NCBI RefSeq assembly: GCF_964355755.1
Contig: NC_092673.1
Span: forward strand, 12,930,948-12,994,947
Direction of reading: 5' to 3'
Origin: Antedon mediterranea
Taxonomy: Eukaryota > Animalia > Echinodermata
DNA: 64,000 nt
Under the pieces are notes generated by a model. It saw only the letters and a list, made by a program, of their open reading frames with translations, had not been told where the DNA came from and did no database searches. The position numbers were made by a program, and so were the translations under genes. Shown here piece after piece: positions 1-14,272 of this stretch. Positions within the stretch are counted from its first letter, which is position 1. Each line of letters starts with the position of its first letter.

Positions 1-39
1 GTGTGGCAACACTCGCGTTTGGCAATAAATAAACAAAAG

Positions 40-112
40 TCATCTACTGGGACTTGAACTCGCGATGATTTGTCACAACATCACAAGACAAGGCTTTATC
101 CGTTGCGCTACG
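40..112 (-). other. tRNA-like (Pol III A-box/B-box) segment, probably part of a SINE-like or Helitron-like repeat running off the window start
   Basis: Minus strand reads GTAGCGCAACGG (A-box-like) and GAGTTCAAGTCCC (B-box-like) at tRNA-like spacing; no convincing cloverleaf. Confidence 0.35.
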
Positions 113-150
113 CAACTTGCTTGAAGAAATTAATCAACTAAACTATTTAA

Positions 151-665
151 AGATGTATTGTCCCTTGAAACACAATAAAATGAAAGTCAAAATATTCTAA
201 ATTTAAATTGGCCATATCAAAGTAATATTAAAGTTATTCACTTTTTAAGTCGAAAATTCGAGCCAAAAACAACAAGTTTACGTAATTAACAGGTAAATTA
301 GTTTGATTACATTTCGTCTGGAAAATCGTCGCGATCGAAAGTAAACAAAGATTTCAAACCCTGAGTACACATTTGGCATGATGCTAATTAGCATTGTTTA
401 CAATTTTTCACGGTTGAGAAGGTGTTTTCAAACAGATCGCGAAGGAAGTTTTGATTAAACAGGCGTGTTGCATTATGAGATATGTTTTGATCGAAAACTT
501 TGACTGGAAGTCAAAGTTATTTTTTGAAAAAAAAATGTCTGTATTTCAGTTAAATGATATTTTTTTTAACTAATTTTTGGTGAAAGTTAATAAAAATGAC
601 ACACTTTTTTTCGAAATCTTTTTTTTTTTTTTTTTTTTGGAATTAGTCAAAGGGACAGTACATCT
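151..665. mobile_element. Non-autonomous TIR element (MITE) with TTAA TSD, Kolobok/piggyBac-type target
   Basis: TTAA|AGATGTATTGTCCCTT ... AAGGGACAGTACATCT|TTAA; 16-bp TIR with 1 mismatch; TSD at 147-150 and 666-669. Confidence 0.8.
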
Positions 666-2890
666 TTAAACTATGCATACATAGCGCCCTCATTTGTTAT
701 TAGTCCTCCCTAGATGTGATGACCGTTTGTGATTGGTTAATACTCACGGTAGTAACCTGGTACGTGCTGCACGCTAAACATCCAGTGATTCGGCTCCTCG
801 AAGAAGACGAATTATTCAGCCTACCTGATAATAATATTATTATTAATGTAGGCTTATTGATGGAAATTTGTCTGTTAATTTAATGACTTAGGTCTAAGTG
901 AATATTTTATTTATACCAAGGAATCATTAATTAGTAATTATCTGTATATTATTCTTCACAAGGTAAGGTGAATGCAACGCCTAACTAGGCAGGTTTATTA
1001 CAAAGGAGGCCTATAAGCTACACCCGACCCAGCAGTAGTAGTTATTCAACTTGTTTATATCGATAAAATATAAGATTTGACAACCCCTTGGGAATGATAT
1101 ATTGTTTGAGGAAATATATTTCCCTTAGGGATTCGGGATGTCAATCTTATATTTAACCTCTAAGCAGTCAATATCTGTGTATAATATAATTCAGTTTTAT
1201 ACTATACTGATTTGTGCTAAAATATGTCATCTATGTTTTACCAATTATGCATTACAAGAAATGACATTTTTATCAAATGATGGTTTATCTGTGTTTGTTG
1301 TCCTGTCCGGTCTCTAGAGTAACACAAAACAATTTTACTAGGCCTATATTTCATTTTTATGCAATGCAAGGCAGAAATAAATTAATAATTGGTAAAATAA
1401 CAAGGCCATTATATGGCTGCAGTCGCGTGCAAATTTGACACATGCTAGTGCTACAAATTATTTTGAAATACAGAATATTAGGTCACTATTCATTTTACTC
1501 ACATGTTTGGACAGCGGCGGTAAGAATTTATTTAGGAAAATTATTCTCTTGGCATCAGTTCCAATATGACAAAGGCCTTGTTGTCATCTTTTATAGGGAT
1601 TTCTAATTCGGAATAATCAACTTGATCATATCCGTTAGGTGGAGGTGAGCTGATTTCATTTGGACATTTAAATTTACTTCAACTGTACTGTTGCATGGTT
1701 TCAAAGCAAATTAATAGTTAAATTTAGGGGCGTGGCTAGATTTCATACAAGATTTTCCAGGCAGTTTTTGTATTGATTTTAATCTTCTTACTCTTCAGAA
1801 TGTTCCTTACCAATAATAAATGCATCTTTTCTTATTTGCTCCAATTGGACATATTCCTCTTCAATCATCAATAATTAAACATACTAGACCCTGGAATATA
1901 GTACAAGCTCTACACTGTTCAATTAAAAAAAAATTCTAGCATAATTTAAATAAAAAACATAAATGAACACCTTCTGCTATCATTCCAAAGCTAGGCCAGG
2001 GTTAAATTTCAAGAATATGGGCCATTGGCTATATTTATATAGCAATAAATTTGTCAATTTATTAACACTAGAGTAGAAGTCCACAAAGATGATAAAAGCT
2101 ATTTTATAAAAACAAACTTTCCTAACCTGTTAAAATTATATAATACAATGCAGAAAATGTGGGGAATTATAAATCTACAGCTTTACAAAAATAAACTTCA
2201 TTGATACTTAGTGCTTCACATGTGAAGCAATTATTATAGGCCGAGATCAATTAAAATGTACTGTAGGCAAATACTTTATGGTAGAATGTTATGAATATAG
2301 TCAATTTTAAAAATAGCAAGAACAAGAGGGCACTTGCAGAGAGGCACATCATTTTCAAAAATATAATAGAGGTGAGAAAATAAACTAATAATAGTAGATG
2401 CATCAGTAAATAAGAGAGTACTATTTAAGTTAGCCAACTGATATTAATCTACCTATTGAATATACAGCAAATTTAATATGGACAAATTGGAACAATGATC
2501 GCACACTTCACAAGTACAACATGTCTGCCTTCATTAGTCGGCTGTATTTCCTAACTGTTCAACTGCTCTACTTGCAGTGTAGAAACAGGAATGTCTCTGG
2601 TTAACATCTTGTTCTTTGTTGTCTCCTTCCATTCACAAAAGGGGTATAAATGGAGGCATTTAGATGTTTGTAAACCACAACTTAATATGATGAGTGTCTG
2701 TTGGTGGTAGACTGGTAAGTTTACATTTTGCCATTTCTCTTTGCTGTTTCTCTTTTCAAGCATTTTAAAGAAAAGAATGTTGTGCGTTATGAAATAACAC
2801 AGGTATTTGTTGATTTCAGCTTTGATAATTGACGAATGCTATGATGGCATTTTTGTAGATTGCGGATTCAGTATATTCATTCATAAAACA

Positions 2891-3522
2891 ATGTCATTTC
2901 CTGATTTACTAACTCCTTATGGCCAATGCTTTTGAGATATGTTATAGAGGCCAACATCATCAACTTATAACAAATTGATATTTGTTTAGATGATTATAGA
3001 AGGGTAAAAGTAATATATCAGTGTTACAAAATCTATTGCATTTTTACAAGAAATTGCATCCCCATTATCTTCAGTTTAATAGTGTGATTTGCATGCTCAG
3101 TTATCTTGATGAGAAATTTTCATTTTCCAAAATACTTTCTTTCAACATGACAATATTAATTCTGGCATGATCTTCAGTGTTTTCTTTCATCGATTCCTGA
3201 TGTATTCATGTCATTTCCTGATTTACTAACTCCTTATGGCCAATGCTTTTGAGATATGTTATAAAGGCCAACATCATCAACTTGTAACAAATTGATATTT
3301 GTTTAGATGATTATAGAAGAGTAAAAGTAATATATCAGTGTTACAAAATCTATTGCATTTTTACCAGAAATTGCATCCCCATTATCTTCAGTTTAATAGT
3401 GTGATTTGCATGCTCAGTTATCTTGATGAGAAATTTTCATTTTCCAAAATACTTTCTTTCAACATGACAAGATTAATTCTGGCATGATCTTCAGTGTTTT
3501 CTTTCATCGATTCCTGATGTAT
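2891..3522 (+). repeat. Tandem duplication of about 316 bp (two near-identical copies)
   Basis: ATGTCATTTCCTGATTTACTAACTCCTTATGGCC ... CGATTCCTGATGTATT occurs from ~2892 and again from ~3208. Confidence 0.9.
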
Positions 3523-5184
3523 TAATTCTTTATGCCAATAAATTGTTGCCGATATATTCATGTTGATAAAAAGAGACAACATAAATTGAACTTCTATCAA
3601 TTTTTTAACCTGTCTGAAGTCAGATAGATGGTCCAATTAATGGAAACCAAGAAGGACAATGTTAATCTGTGGTATTTCAGTAAGAAATACTTTTTTGCAA
3701 CTATACACACAATATAAAAACTGAAATGTAGCTACATGAAGGCAGACATGTGCATTTGGAATGCTGTTGGAATGGATCAAGTATAAGATAATATACAAAT
3801 AATGCAACAAATTCACATTTTGTGTCTATATATATTTACTGTATATTCAGGTAGAAAAGGAAAAATGGGATGGGATATTTAAGGGATATTTAAGAAACAT
3901 GCTATTCATCAAATTTGAGAGAGTTTATGGTGCACTGCTTTGTGGAAAAATGTAAGCAAATGCTTACATTACATAGAAGGGATCCTGCAGTGAGATGCCA
4001 AGACATAAACAAATCTTTGTTGCAAGTAGATTTCTCTAAAAATTACACTTGCATACATGAAGACAAGATTAATTTTGTACACTGAAACCAAGGATAAGTA
4101 TCCCTGTTTGCAGCTGCACTGTGGTGGTACAATGGTGTATAATATCTGACAATTTGGAACATTCAAAAGAAACAATTTCATTTCAAGTAAATGTTTATTT
4201 TCTTCTTTAATATTTTTTTTTTAAAGAGCACAAAAAAAATATATAAAAGCAATAAACCTGAAAGGACAAAAATAAAACAAAATAGACGGGTTACAGATGC
4301 AATAAATAAAGAAGGCTGATCGCAAAAAGAGTATAAAAATATTACTGCGGACATCAAAGAATTATCTATTTAAACCATATTGTTGCCACCCTCGGCCACT
4401 GGAACATAAACATTCAATTTAAATTTTATTTCAATTCATTTCATTAAGCTTCTTCGCAATGGCAAAGGATGATTCACATAGAATGAAGTACGAGTGAAAA
4501 GCCATTTAATCAAAGATGCAGAACGCTTTGTTGCTGCAATCTAGAAATGTGAAAGTGATTGATATGAGGTGAAATTTATCTGTTTATATTAGAAAATTAA
4601 AGGGTGCATTAGATTGCACAGTCTTGGATATGTTTAAAAATTCTAAAAATTTAAACAAAGTAACTGAATCTATCTGTGGATACATTGAATCCTGCACAAA
4701 TATGATTATTTTAACCAAATCTATTAATTGGAAAGTGATTAAGATGAAGAAATATGCATTCAAATTAAGAATGAATGATTGTGAACAAGTTGTATTAAAT
4801 GGAAATACGCCAATAATATGAAGTCCTCTACAACAGAAAGTCATCCAGTTACAAAGATAGAACATTAAAATAAAAAATATAACTTATGAGCTGAACAATT
4901 CGTTTATTGCCAAAAAAAGGAAATGCTGAGATGAGGTAAAAAAGATTTTCAAGAATGTTTGCACCAGAATGTCACAGTATAATTATAATATGATTTATTG
5001 TTCTTGGCAAAAGAAAAAAGAGTAAAAAAACAAATACAATTTTCTTATGGCTGACGTTCATCTGAATGAGATAGATAAAACTAAAAAAAAGTCAATAATA
5101 ATATAACACAAGTAAACATAAGAATAATATAAAAAAAATCTTCATTATATTATTATATAGATACTTGAAAGATGTAAAAAGATG

Positions 5185-6020
5185 ATCAGGAGCGGGAATT
5201 GAGGAAATTAAAGATGCAATTAACCAGAGAGTGGGAGTCACAATAAACGGAGAGATGCTAACAGACCTCAGATTTGCTGATGATGTAGCTTTAACAACTA
5301 CAACTGTTAAGGACATGGAAGAACAGCTCAATCGCCTAAACAAAGAAAGTAAAAAGGTTGGCCTACAAATGCACTAAATTTATGACCAACTTCTCGACTC
5401 AAGAGACAATAACAATAGACAATCACCAGATTGAGAAAGTTGACAAATACAAATACCTGGGGCAGACCTTGAAAATGGTCAACACCACAGAGGAGGAGAT
5501 ATTAATACGTGTAAAAGCAGGTTGGAGAAGCTTCGGGATGCACAAGCATATCCTGACCGACCAAGACATTCCCATGTCACTAAGCAGGGTGTACAATCAA
5601 TGTGTTCTAACAACTATAGTTTATGGGGCAGAGACATGAGCAACAACAAAAGAGATTGAACAAAAATTGATAACAACATAAAGAGCGATGGAAAGAAAAA
5701 TGGTAAATCTATCAATACAAGACAGAGTAAAGCATAGTGAGATACGGAAAATAACAAAAGTCAAAGACATCATGGTAAAGATCAAAGAATTGAAATGGAG
5801 ATGGGCAGGACATAGCCAGAAGAGACGACAACAGATGGACGAAGAGATTGAATGAATGGCAGCCGCGGAGAGGGAGAAGAAGAAGAGGATGGCAAAAAAG
5901 AAGATGGCGTGACGACATAACAACGTACATGGAAACGGCAACATAGGAAAGATCGGCAAGAAACAGAACTAAATGGAAACAGCTGGAGGAGGCCTTCACA
6001 CAGCAGTGGGTGAGTCACTT
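5185..6020 (+). mobile_element. 5'-truncated, inactivated RTE-clade LINE (RT C-terminal half)
   Basis: GVTINGEMLTDLRFADDVAL, KYKYLGQ, VYNQC..YGAET, KWRWAGH and terminal EAFTQQW motifs, read across frameshifts and stops. Confidence 0.85.
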
Positions 6021-7610
6021 AGATGGTTTGTGCCATATTACCATTGTCGCAGTACAGGGGGAAACTTGTCCCAAGATTGGTTAGTGTTTCTTTTTAAATA
6101 TGTGAATTTATGACAACAACAATTATTTTTATATTTAAAGAAAGAAAATATAGAATACTATACAATAGTAAACTTTTTTTTACAGAAATAACAAGATTCC
6201 TTGAACAAAGGTACAATTATCGGCAATTTTATCAACAACTGCTTCCAATACAAATGATGAGTGTAAATTTAAATCTTATTATTTGTGGTACCATACTGTG
6301 TATTTACAATGATAGATACTTTTGCATAGACTTTTTTCAATTTTGTTGCTCATAAAATTTTTCTTTCATAACATCATTGATATTATGAAAGAGCCTGAAC
6401 CAAAGCCAAAAAGCAAGAAAGGAAATATTGCATTTGCTTGGAATCAAAAATTAAATCAAGTAGTGAAGAGAAACAAAGTCATTAATGATTTTATATTTGA
6501 GCAAATTAGACTACCATTGTATTTTAAGAGAAAAATTTGTTGTTATTAGTATCAATATATATTCCTTTCCCTTGTAGAATATGAAATATATGTAGAAACT
6601 AAATATTACTTTTCTCTCATGAAATTTCTTCACATGCTACTATTTATATTTTTGGTATTTTGTTTAAAAGCAGCATGGTGAAAGTATCCACACATCCAGG
6701 CGATAGAAAAAGGAAAAATAGAGAGAGGGAAAGAATGCTAAAAGCATTGCACAATCAACAATTACATCAAATTATTCAGCTAATGCAACAACTTATGCAA
6801 GCGCAACATTTAAAAAAACAGAGTCTATCATGTTAGCATTGCTCAAGTCACAAGTTAGTAAAGACTTATTCATTTACAAGTAAGTTCCTTACTTTTACAG
6901 TTTTGTTTTAAAATGTTCGTTCGTTTCCAATATTAGATCATGATTTTGAAGCTAAATAATTTGAGAAATTGTAAATAATATTTACAAAATAGTAATTAAT
7001 TGATACAGTAATAAATGCCTTGTGCAATAAGAAATAATATTTTAGTCATCTGTGAATAATATAATATTTGATATCTTTATTTTTTGCTCAAATAGGCAGA
7101 TCAACAGACTTTAAAAATAATGCTCTCATGCATCATAATTTTGGGGAAACATTTACTGATATGCTACCATAATGTTTTTATATTAGATTTGGAAAGGAAA
7201 TCCATAATCACAAATTTTGTTTATAAAGACAATTGATTGGTCTATCAGTCAACAGTTATTACTGTAATATTTTAAATGTTCATTACACATGGTTGTAAGT
7301 GCTACAATAACTAACTAAAAAAAATATGTTTCTCCATCCATAAAAATGCAGCAAAGGCTAGGACCTAAACAAACAAAATATATGCATTGGTTCTGGTCTG
7401 ATTGATTCAATAATACTGTATGTTGTAAAATAAACTGCTGGCTGTATGGATATTAGAAATCAAACAGTAACAAAATATTGCTCTTTTAATGATATTTTAA
7501 ATGCAAATACGATTTTGCTTTGTCTATAAGAGAAAATTGACAACGTAAAATCTTGAAAAGAACCCAACCCCAGTTTGCAAATGTATTGTGATGAAAATGC
7601 GCCCTCTATC

Positions 7611-7850
7611 CATAGTCATAGTCATAGTCATAGTCATATATACTTTATTGTCCATTTAAAAAACAGAAATGTGATTTGAAAACTGGCAAAATACAAAAAT
7701 ATAAAATACAATTTACAAAAACACACACAAAAAGTTAAGAGGCTAAAAATTGTTAAAATTAGATAAAAATTATCGGTTACATTTTACATGTATAAAATGT
7801 AGTAAGTTCAACAGTTAGAACAGCGATTGCTAGTATGTGATTGGCTGGCT
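7611..7850 (-). mobile_element. Probable 3' end of a LINE with a (CATAGT)n microsatellite tail
   Basis: About five CATAGT units next to a minus-strand AATAAA; same tail architecture as the CR1/L2 copy at 58940. Confidence 0.35.
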
Positions 7851-7984
7851 TGAAAGATTGATATATTTACTACTATTATTATTTTTATCCAAAGGTGAAT
7901 TCAATATAATTTAAAAATACAACCCGAACACTCTTGGACCATATTAAAATGTCTCATTTTTTTAGTTATTTTTTAGATTATCAT

Positions 7985-8850
7985 AATTCATGTTCATTTT
8001 GCTGGTGCTTGCACCACATACCAAACTGTTTTTATTTACAGAATTCAGTCGACCTGCAAGCACAATGTTCACTTTTGTTGGCAGTTGTTGAAAACAAGTA
8101 TGGAGGAAACCATCCAAGCGATAAGAAAGCATTCATCAGGCGCAGTTTGTTAAAGATATCAGGATAGTTGGTGTGAAGCAAGATATTACTGAGCAGTTGC
8201 CCACTACTGAGAAAATATATAAATAGCTTCATCAGCTTTCATTACCAATGGAAATTATGGTCTGATTGCTCATGTTCAGCGAGATACTAATCCAAGCTAT
8301 GCCTTGCTTGACTTCTCCATGAGCATTGAGGAGGAGATGGTAAGAACTACTATTTTTTTTTTTTTTACAGTTGAAGAAGCATTTGCCTCTCTTAAATTCG
8401 AAAATGTTAGAGCACATTCCGACCTGATTGACAGACTTAAGATAAAGGCCCACCAACAAGAAGTTCAGGCTCCATCCAGGCAGAATGTCAGTTTTAAATA
8501 TGAAACAACCACAGAAAAGGACGAATTACTGTTGTTAGTGTTGCAGGCGATGTTTCCAATAATGTGAAGAATGGAGAAGGGCATTCTCAGATAGCTTGCA
8601 ATTATGGGCTATTACGGGAAATTAAAAAGTGCAGGCATGTGATGGGAAGAAATAAAGAAAAGATGCTATATGAAACAAACATCACAGACGGCGTAAACAT
8701 ACTGTAGTTACATGCACAGACAGGGCTCTGGGTAAGCTTTAAATGCCTATATATTGCAGCATCACCAAATAGAATTGTTTGCTGTAATCAATGTGGAAGT
8801 GCTTTAGTAGAATTAAAAAATCCTTACAATCATTCAGGCATTCATCTATT
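7985..8850 (+). pseudogene. Decayed transposon accessory gene: SWIM-like finger followed by YqaJ-like (lambda-exonuclease family) nuclease
   Basis: ~8723-8830 translates GLWVSFKCLYIAASPNRIVCCNQCGSALVELKNPY, matching the YqaJ ASPDG..C..CG..LEIKCP motif; STCKH..LLLAVVE at ~8050 is SWIM-like; stops and frameshifts present. Confidence 0.65.
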
Positions 8851-9204
8851 GAGCAATTAGCTAGCTTTCGTATAGTGGGATCTAATGGGTATCATCGTAT
8901 AAATCAAAATTGCTAGCTAATAGGGTTAGTAACTGACTAATAAAATAGATTGCATGTTAGCTACTTGTAAGGTAATCTAGGGCTAACTTAACTAACCTAG
9001 CCTAGGCATAGTAAAAAAAGAGGGACAAGCAAGGAAGGCCTAGAAGCTAGTTACTACTATAGACTAGTCTATATAATAGTATAGTATCTAGAGTCTAAAA
9101 CCAGACAGCGCTACTGCATATTAGCACCTATATTTTCAACTTTCAATAAGGGAATTAGGTTCAGGTTTCACACCTAAACCTAACTCTAAATTAAGATAAT
9201 CTCA

Positions 9205-9975
9205 GCAGGTGCTAAACAGGCACGGATTTAGAGGCAGTATTGAGGTATATATTCGTAAGTGTACCAAATGTTCCATGGTCTTCAGATACCAGAACATGAA
9301 TGGAATTTTTTATTTCAACAACACTTTACTTATTGGAATTGATGTTTTGCTCTGGATCACATCTGGCTTGAAAAGTCATGTTGCTATATTGGTAGTATTG
9401 TTAAGCAACTTAACAATAGATTGAACTTGTCTTTGCGACCAACATTAGTGACAAATGCATATTTTATCGTTTGATGTTTTGAGTGAGCACCATCATATGA
9501 TTTTTACTATAGGTTGTAGCCATCACCCAAAAGTAGTCATAATGAATGTTGACAGGAAAATTAATTTAGATGCACTATGAGCAAACTTAAAAAATCCAAC
9601 TGCAACATGAATGAGCAAGTTGATTGCCATTAATCAGAAGCTAGATTTGCATATTTTTTCAAGAGGGTTTTCACCCAATGTATTGTTTCCATTGAAACCA
9701 ACATACAAAGACTGGGTACCTATAATTTGCCAGCATACTCGAGAAGATACTTATGTATATAACATAGAATTTAAAAAAAGGAAATCTTTTGTGCAGATTG
9801 TAGAGCGATGACGGAAGAATGATTGATTGAGATGCTGCAGCAAAGCACTGTAAAAAAAGTGAGAAAGGTTGCCAATAGTATTGGTGTTACAGCTAAAGGC
9901 AGCAAGCTGGATGTGATTTTGGCCATAAGAGATGGAATTTGTAGGAGTTCAAATAACTTTAACAAAGTAATGTAT
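9205..9975 (+). pseudogene. Zisupton/KDZ (HMGXB3-like) transposase fragment: CxC cysteine cluster and SAP domain
   Basis: KCTKCSMVFRYQ..GIFYFNN.LL; GCSHHPKVVIMNVDRK (~9512-9560); STVKKVRKVANSIGVTAKGSKLDVILAIR..NFNKV (SAP-like, ~9845-9968). Breaks off before the catalytic core. Confidence 0.7.
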
Positions 9976-10326
9976 ATACCCAAGAAAACATAGGCAGTTA
10001 ACTTTTTCATCACTGGACCACAATTCCACAAAGGTTATCCAGACATAGCACAAGAAAAATACCTGGTGTTTGCGACTCAGTTAAGAGTAACGTATATTCC
10101 GTCGGTCATGCTTTGAAGATGTTAGCATTAGCAATTGGAAGTAGGGAGAAGGTTGACCTTGGAGAGGCTTGTGCAGCATTCGATGCGGATGATTGATTAT
10201 GTCTAGATCGTGTAATCAAAATCTTGAACACCATGTTAAAGAAAATGAATAGATATTAACGAGCATTTGATTTTTTTTAATTTCTGATAAGACCGATCGA
10301 TATCAAGCTACAACAAAGTAACTCAT
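9976..10326 (+). pseudogene. Protein kinase copy A (C-lobe fragment only)
   Basis: Near-identical to 11516-11859 (ATACCCAAGAAAACATAGGCAG ... ACAAAGTAACTCA). Confidence 0.8.
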
Positions 10327-10409
10327 ATAAAGTTTGAGGAGCATCCGAAAGAAATTCTATCGACGTTATGCCCTCATGACCATGGTCAATACATTCAAGC
10401 AAACATTAT

Positions 10410-11859
10410 TTTACCACCAAGCAAAATTCGGCAAAGTACTATTGAAATTTAATATCATTATTGCATAATCCAGTTTTTTTTTAAATTGTAATGAATTTTC
10501 TATGATCATAATGTTTTGTTTTGAATTAAGTAGATCTCAACAAGATGCACCCCAGCAAACAATAAGAAAATCGGTATTTAAAAGGATTTGGACAGCAGTG
10601 CTTCATCTTTTTTGTATCAAAGGAAGTGGTGAATCGGCGGTGCTTCATCATCACAATCGTCTCTGTGGTCTTCGACATTTTCACTTTCTCCTGCCCAGAT
10701 AGTTACAACAGGAATATCACCCGGAGAGGTAATTCTCCCAAGGCAACATGTTCGTAGCACGTCAGTGTCATCATCTACCGTTTCTTAAGCCCAGTGCATT
10801 TTTAAACTACCAACATCCACGTTATCACCCAGTGTGATACCACCAGAAAATAAACGTTTTGTAGTGTGCCATCATCTTTGTCATCACAATGGCCATTATC
10901 ATCTGCCAGTAGCGTCAACGATTCTTCAACTTCGTCTACAAGTAGTACCACCACTTCACCAACATTCGTCCGTAACGATATAGATGCTACAACAAAACTT
11001 CCGGAAACGCTGCCGCCTGTGAGGTTACTGGATAGCGGAAATGCCTCCGACCTTTGTAATCCTGTATGTCTTGGAAAGGGAAGGTTTGGACGTGTTGACC
11101 TGATATTATCAAATCCACTTCTCACAGTCAAGACGGCTTTTTTAGATAGTTACAACAATCCTGATTGGTGCCAGATAGTGATGGAAGCGGGTGTCATGAA
11201 GTTTTTTGATGATCTTCCTTCTGTTCCTCAAGTCTTTGGCGTTTTTAGTCAAGGTCAAGTATGCTGTATAATGGTACAGCAGTTTATTGGAAACACTCGC
11301 ACCATGACCAGTACAATATGTCTGCATGTATTGCTAACTGGACATGAGTGCTTCAATGTATATCTATGACAATAGAAGTTGTCATTGCCCTCAATACCAT
11401 GCACCTACGAGGACTACTTCCAACATGATATAGCACTTGGAAACATCCTTGTCCACCATGATGGAACCAACTATAGAGCGAATCTTACAGACTTCTGGAT
11501 GGCATACAGACTACAATACCCAAGAAAACATAGGCAGTTAACTTTTTCACCACTGGACCACAATTCCACAAAGGTTATCCAGACATAGCACAAGAAAAAC
11601 ACCTTTTGGTGTTTGCGACTCAGTTAAGAGTGACGTATATTCCGTCGGTCATGCTTTGAAGATGTTACTGTTAGCATTAGCAATTGGAAGTAGGGAAAAG
11701 GTTGACCTTGGAGAGGTTTGTGCAGCATTCGATGCGGATGATTGATTATCTCTAGATCGTGTAATCAAAATCTTGAACACCATGTTAAAGAAAAAGAAAT
11801 TTGATTTTTTTAAATTTCCGATAAGACCGATTGATATCAAGCTACAACAAAGTAACTCA
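10410..11859 (+). pseudogene. Protein kinase copy B: Ser/Thr-rich N-terminal region plus kinase domain, disrupted
   Basis: LGKGRFGRV Gly loop, TVK lysine, MEAGVM helix C, HDIALGNILV catalytic loop, DFW in place of DFG, YPDIAQE, SDVYSVG; frameshifts. Confidence 0.8.
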
Positions 11860-12727
11860 GACTCTTTCGAAGCCTACCATATGATATGATTGATACAGTC
11901 ATTAGTCAGTTACTGGAGGGCAATTCCATTGATAACAATTTTGGCAAAATTAAAAACACGTCAAATATGTTTATTATTGATATCATTTCATAGGTTATAT
12001 AATGTAGTATTATAAAAAAAATATTATTTTTATGATTTTCTCATATAATTTTTGTTAAACACGAGTATAAATTGTTGAATATTTGATAATAAATATCGAT
12101 TTAAGGATTAGGAACCATATTTTTTTACATTATATAATATACAAAGGATAAATATTGCTATTATTATTATTTAATAAAAAAAATAAATTCAAAGGTTTTG
12201 CCAAAGTTATGTTTTAAAGGTAAATAAGTATATTGAGTACATTTATACTAGTTTGTGTTTTCTAATTAATTACACTATTTAAGAAAATTTGTGTCGGACG
12301 TACATTTTAGATGTACGTCCGACACAAAATCACTGTGAGAAAAAACAAGTATACTTTACTAGTCTACAAACTTTGTTGGGAAAACAGACGCATTTGTTAA
12401 AATATTCAGTACAGAAATTAATTGAAGCAGATAATATTATTGTAGCCTAATTCAGGTAAGATTTCTATGAAAGACTTTATTATATTAAAATATTATATAA
12501 TAATAAAATAACTTAAATATTTATTTAGTATTTTAGGAAATTATAACATTAAATAAAACAAAATAATATCAATAAGTTTATAAACATTATACGAAGTCAG
12601 GAAAAAATGGTCATGAATTATATTATTTATTTAGGGATTATATGATTTAGTTTATTTACTTTTTTAAATTAATTGAATTTAATTTAAACCAGTTGTATTT
12701 AATTTTTATTTATAGAACTCAAGCATC

Positions 12728-13690
12728 ATGGTGCTTACCAATAAAGAAAGGCAAGCACGGAAGCATGCTCGGCAAAAAGAAGACAAAGATAAATACAGAC
12801 AGATCCTTGATCCAGAGTGCGAAAAGCTAAGTTTGTACCTTGTTAACCTTTCTCACCTAATAGTAGAGTAGAAATAAGGTTTCACCTAAAAAAAATTGCA
12901 ACAAAAGTTTTTTCAACGGATTTTGGTAGTATTTGGTGTACTAAATAACAGAAAAAAAGTCTCAAGAATTTTGACCACCGGAAAGTTGTTTTTTTTCCAA
13001 GATGGCCGCCAAAATAGATAAAAAGTGAAAATGGCCATACCTCCTAAACTACTTGGTCTATTGATATGATTTTGGTTTACAAAATACTCAGAACATACAT
13101 ATTTATATTTGCTATAATAGAACATTTTGGCCAAAAATGACCGGAAATACCATTTCTGACAATTTGACCTTTGACCATGATATGTTGTATCTTGGTAACG
13201 TATGTAAACAAATTATGGCTCAAATTGTTCATAATGTACATATTTACATTTATTGTAATGAGACATTTTGTCAAAAAATGGTTGGAAGTAAAGGTTATTG
13301 ACCTTTAACTTTTATCTATGTAGAATTTCCATATCTCGGCAACTATGTGTGGTAGAGATTTAAAATTGGGCTCTAGATACTGAGAATATACTTATTTATA
13401 TTTACTCTAATGAAACAGTTTGACAAAAAATGACCAGAAACGCCATTTTTGACCAGTTTTATGAAATTGCTGTAAATAGGAATCCAAATATGAACATATA
13501 CTACTTGTCTAAGGAGAGTGTAGCTCAGAATGAACATATGTTAGAGGATCATTGGAGCACTACTACTACTACTACTACAGTGCCAAACACTCTTAAACTA
13601 CACTTTGTAATGCCAATAGATCGGTGCCATTTAAAGGTTGCCCAGACCACAGATTCAAATCAATTGCATGAAGTACGAATTAAAATTGAT
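12728..13690 (+). pseudogene. Internally deleted DNA-transposase remnant (Sola2-like N- and C-termini) with a MITE-like insert at ~12840-13460
   Basis: MVLTNKERQARK..KEDKDKY start at 12728; YLSKESV..LEDHW..VPNTLKLHFV near 13500-13610 resembles the C-terminal motif of the 27-29 kb transposase. Confidence 0.4.
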
Positions 13691-14272
13691 GATGAAAGTG
13701 AAGAATCAAATGATAGTGGAAGTGAAGAATCAGATGATAGTGAAAGTAAAGAATCAGATGATAGTGGAAGTGAAGAATCAGATGATAGTGTAAGTGAAGA
13801 ATCAGATGATAGTGTAAGTGAAGAATCAGATGATAGTGTAAGTGAAGAATCAGATGATAGTGTAAGTGAAGAATCAGATGATAGTCGAAGTGAAGAATCA
13901 GATGATAGTGTAAGTGAAGAATCAGATGATAGTGTAAGTGAAGAATCAGATGATAGTGTAAGTGAAGAATCAAATGATAGTGTAAGTGAAGAATCAGATG
14001 ATAGTGTACTGTAAGTGAAGAATCAGATGATAGTGGAAGTGAAGAAAGAGATGATAGTGGAAGTGAAGAATCAGATGATAGTGTAAGTGAAGAATCAGAT
14101 GATAGTGAAAGTGAAGAATCAGATGATAGTGGAAGTGAAGAAACAGATGATAGTGAATGTGAAGAATCAGATGATAGTGAACGTTAAGAATCAGATGATA
14201 GTGGAAGTGAAAAATCAGATGATAGTGAAAGTAAAAAATCAGATGATAGTGAAAGTGAAGAATCAGATGATT
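13690..14272 (+). repeat. 24-bp minisatellite (AGTGAAGAATCAGATGATAGTGTA)n, about 24 units, encoding (SEESDDSV)n
   Basis: Directly visible tandem array, in frame with ORF 13430-14014. Confidence 0.95.

Noticed and set aside
40-112. Functional tRNA gene
   Set aside because: A and B boxes are present but the stems and anticodon arm do not fold convincingly.
4380-4830. Further Sola2-like transposase remnant (NGKG..LIKDAERFV)
   Set aside because: Too degraded to support from motifs alone.
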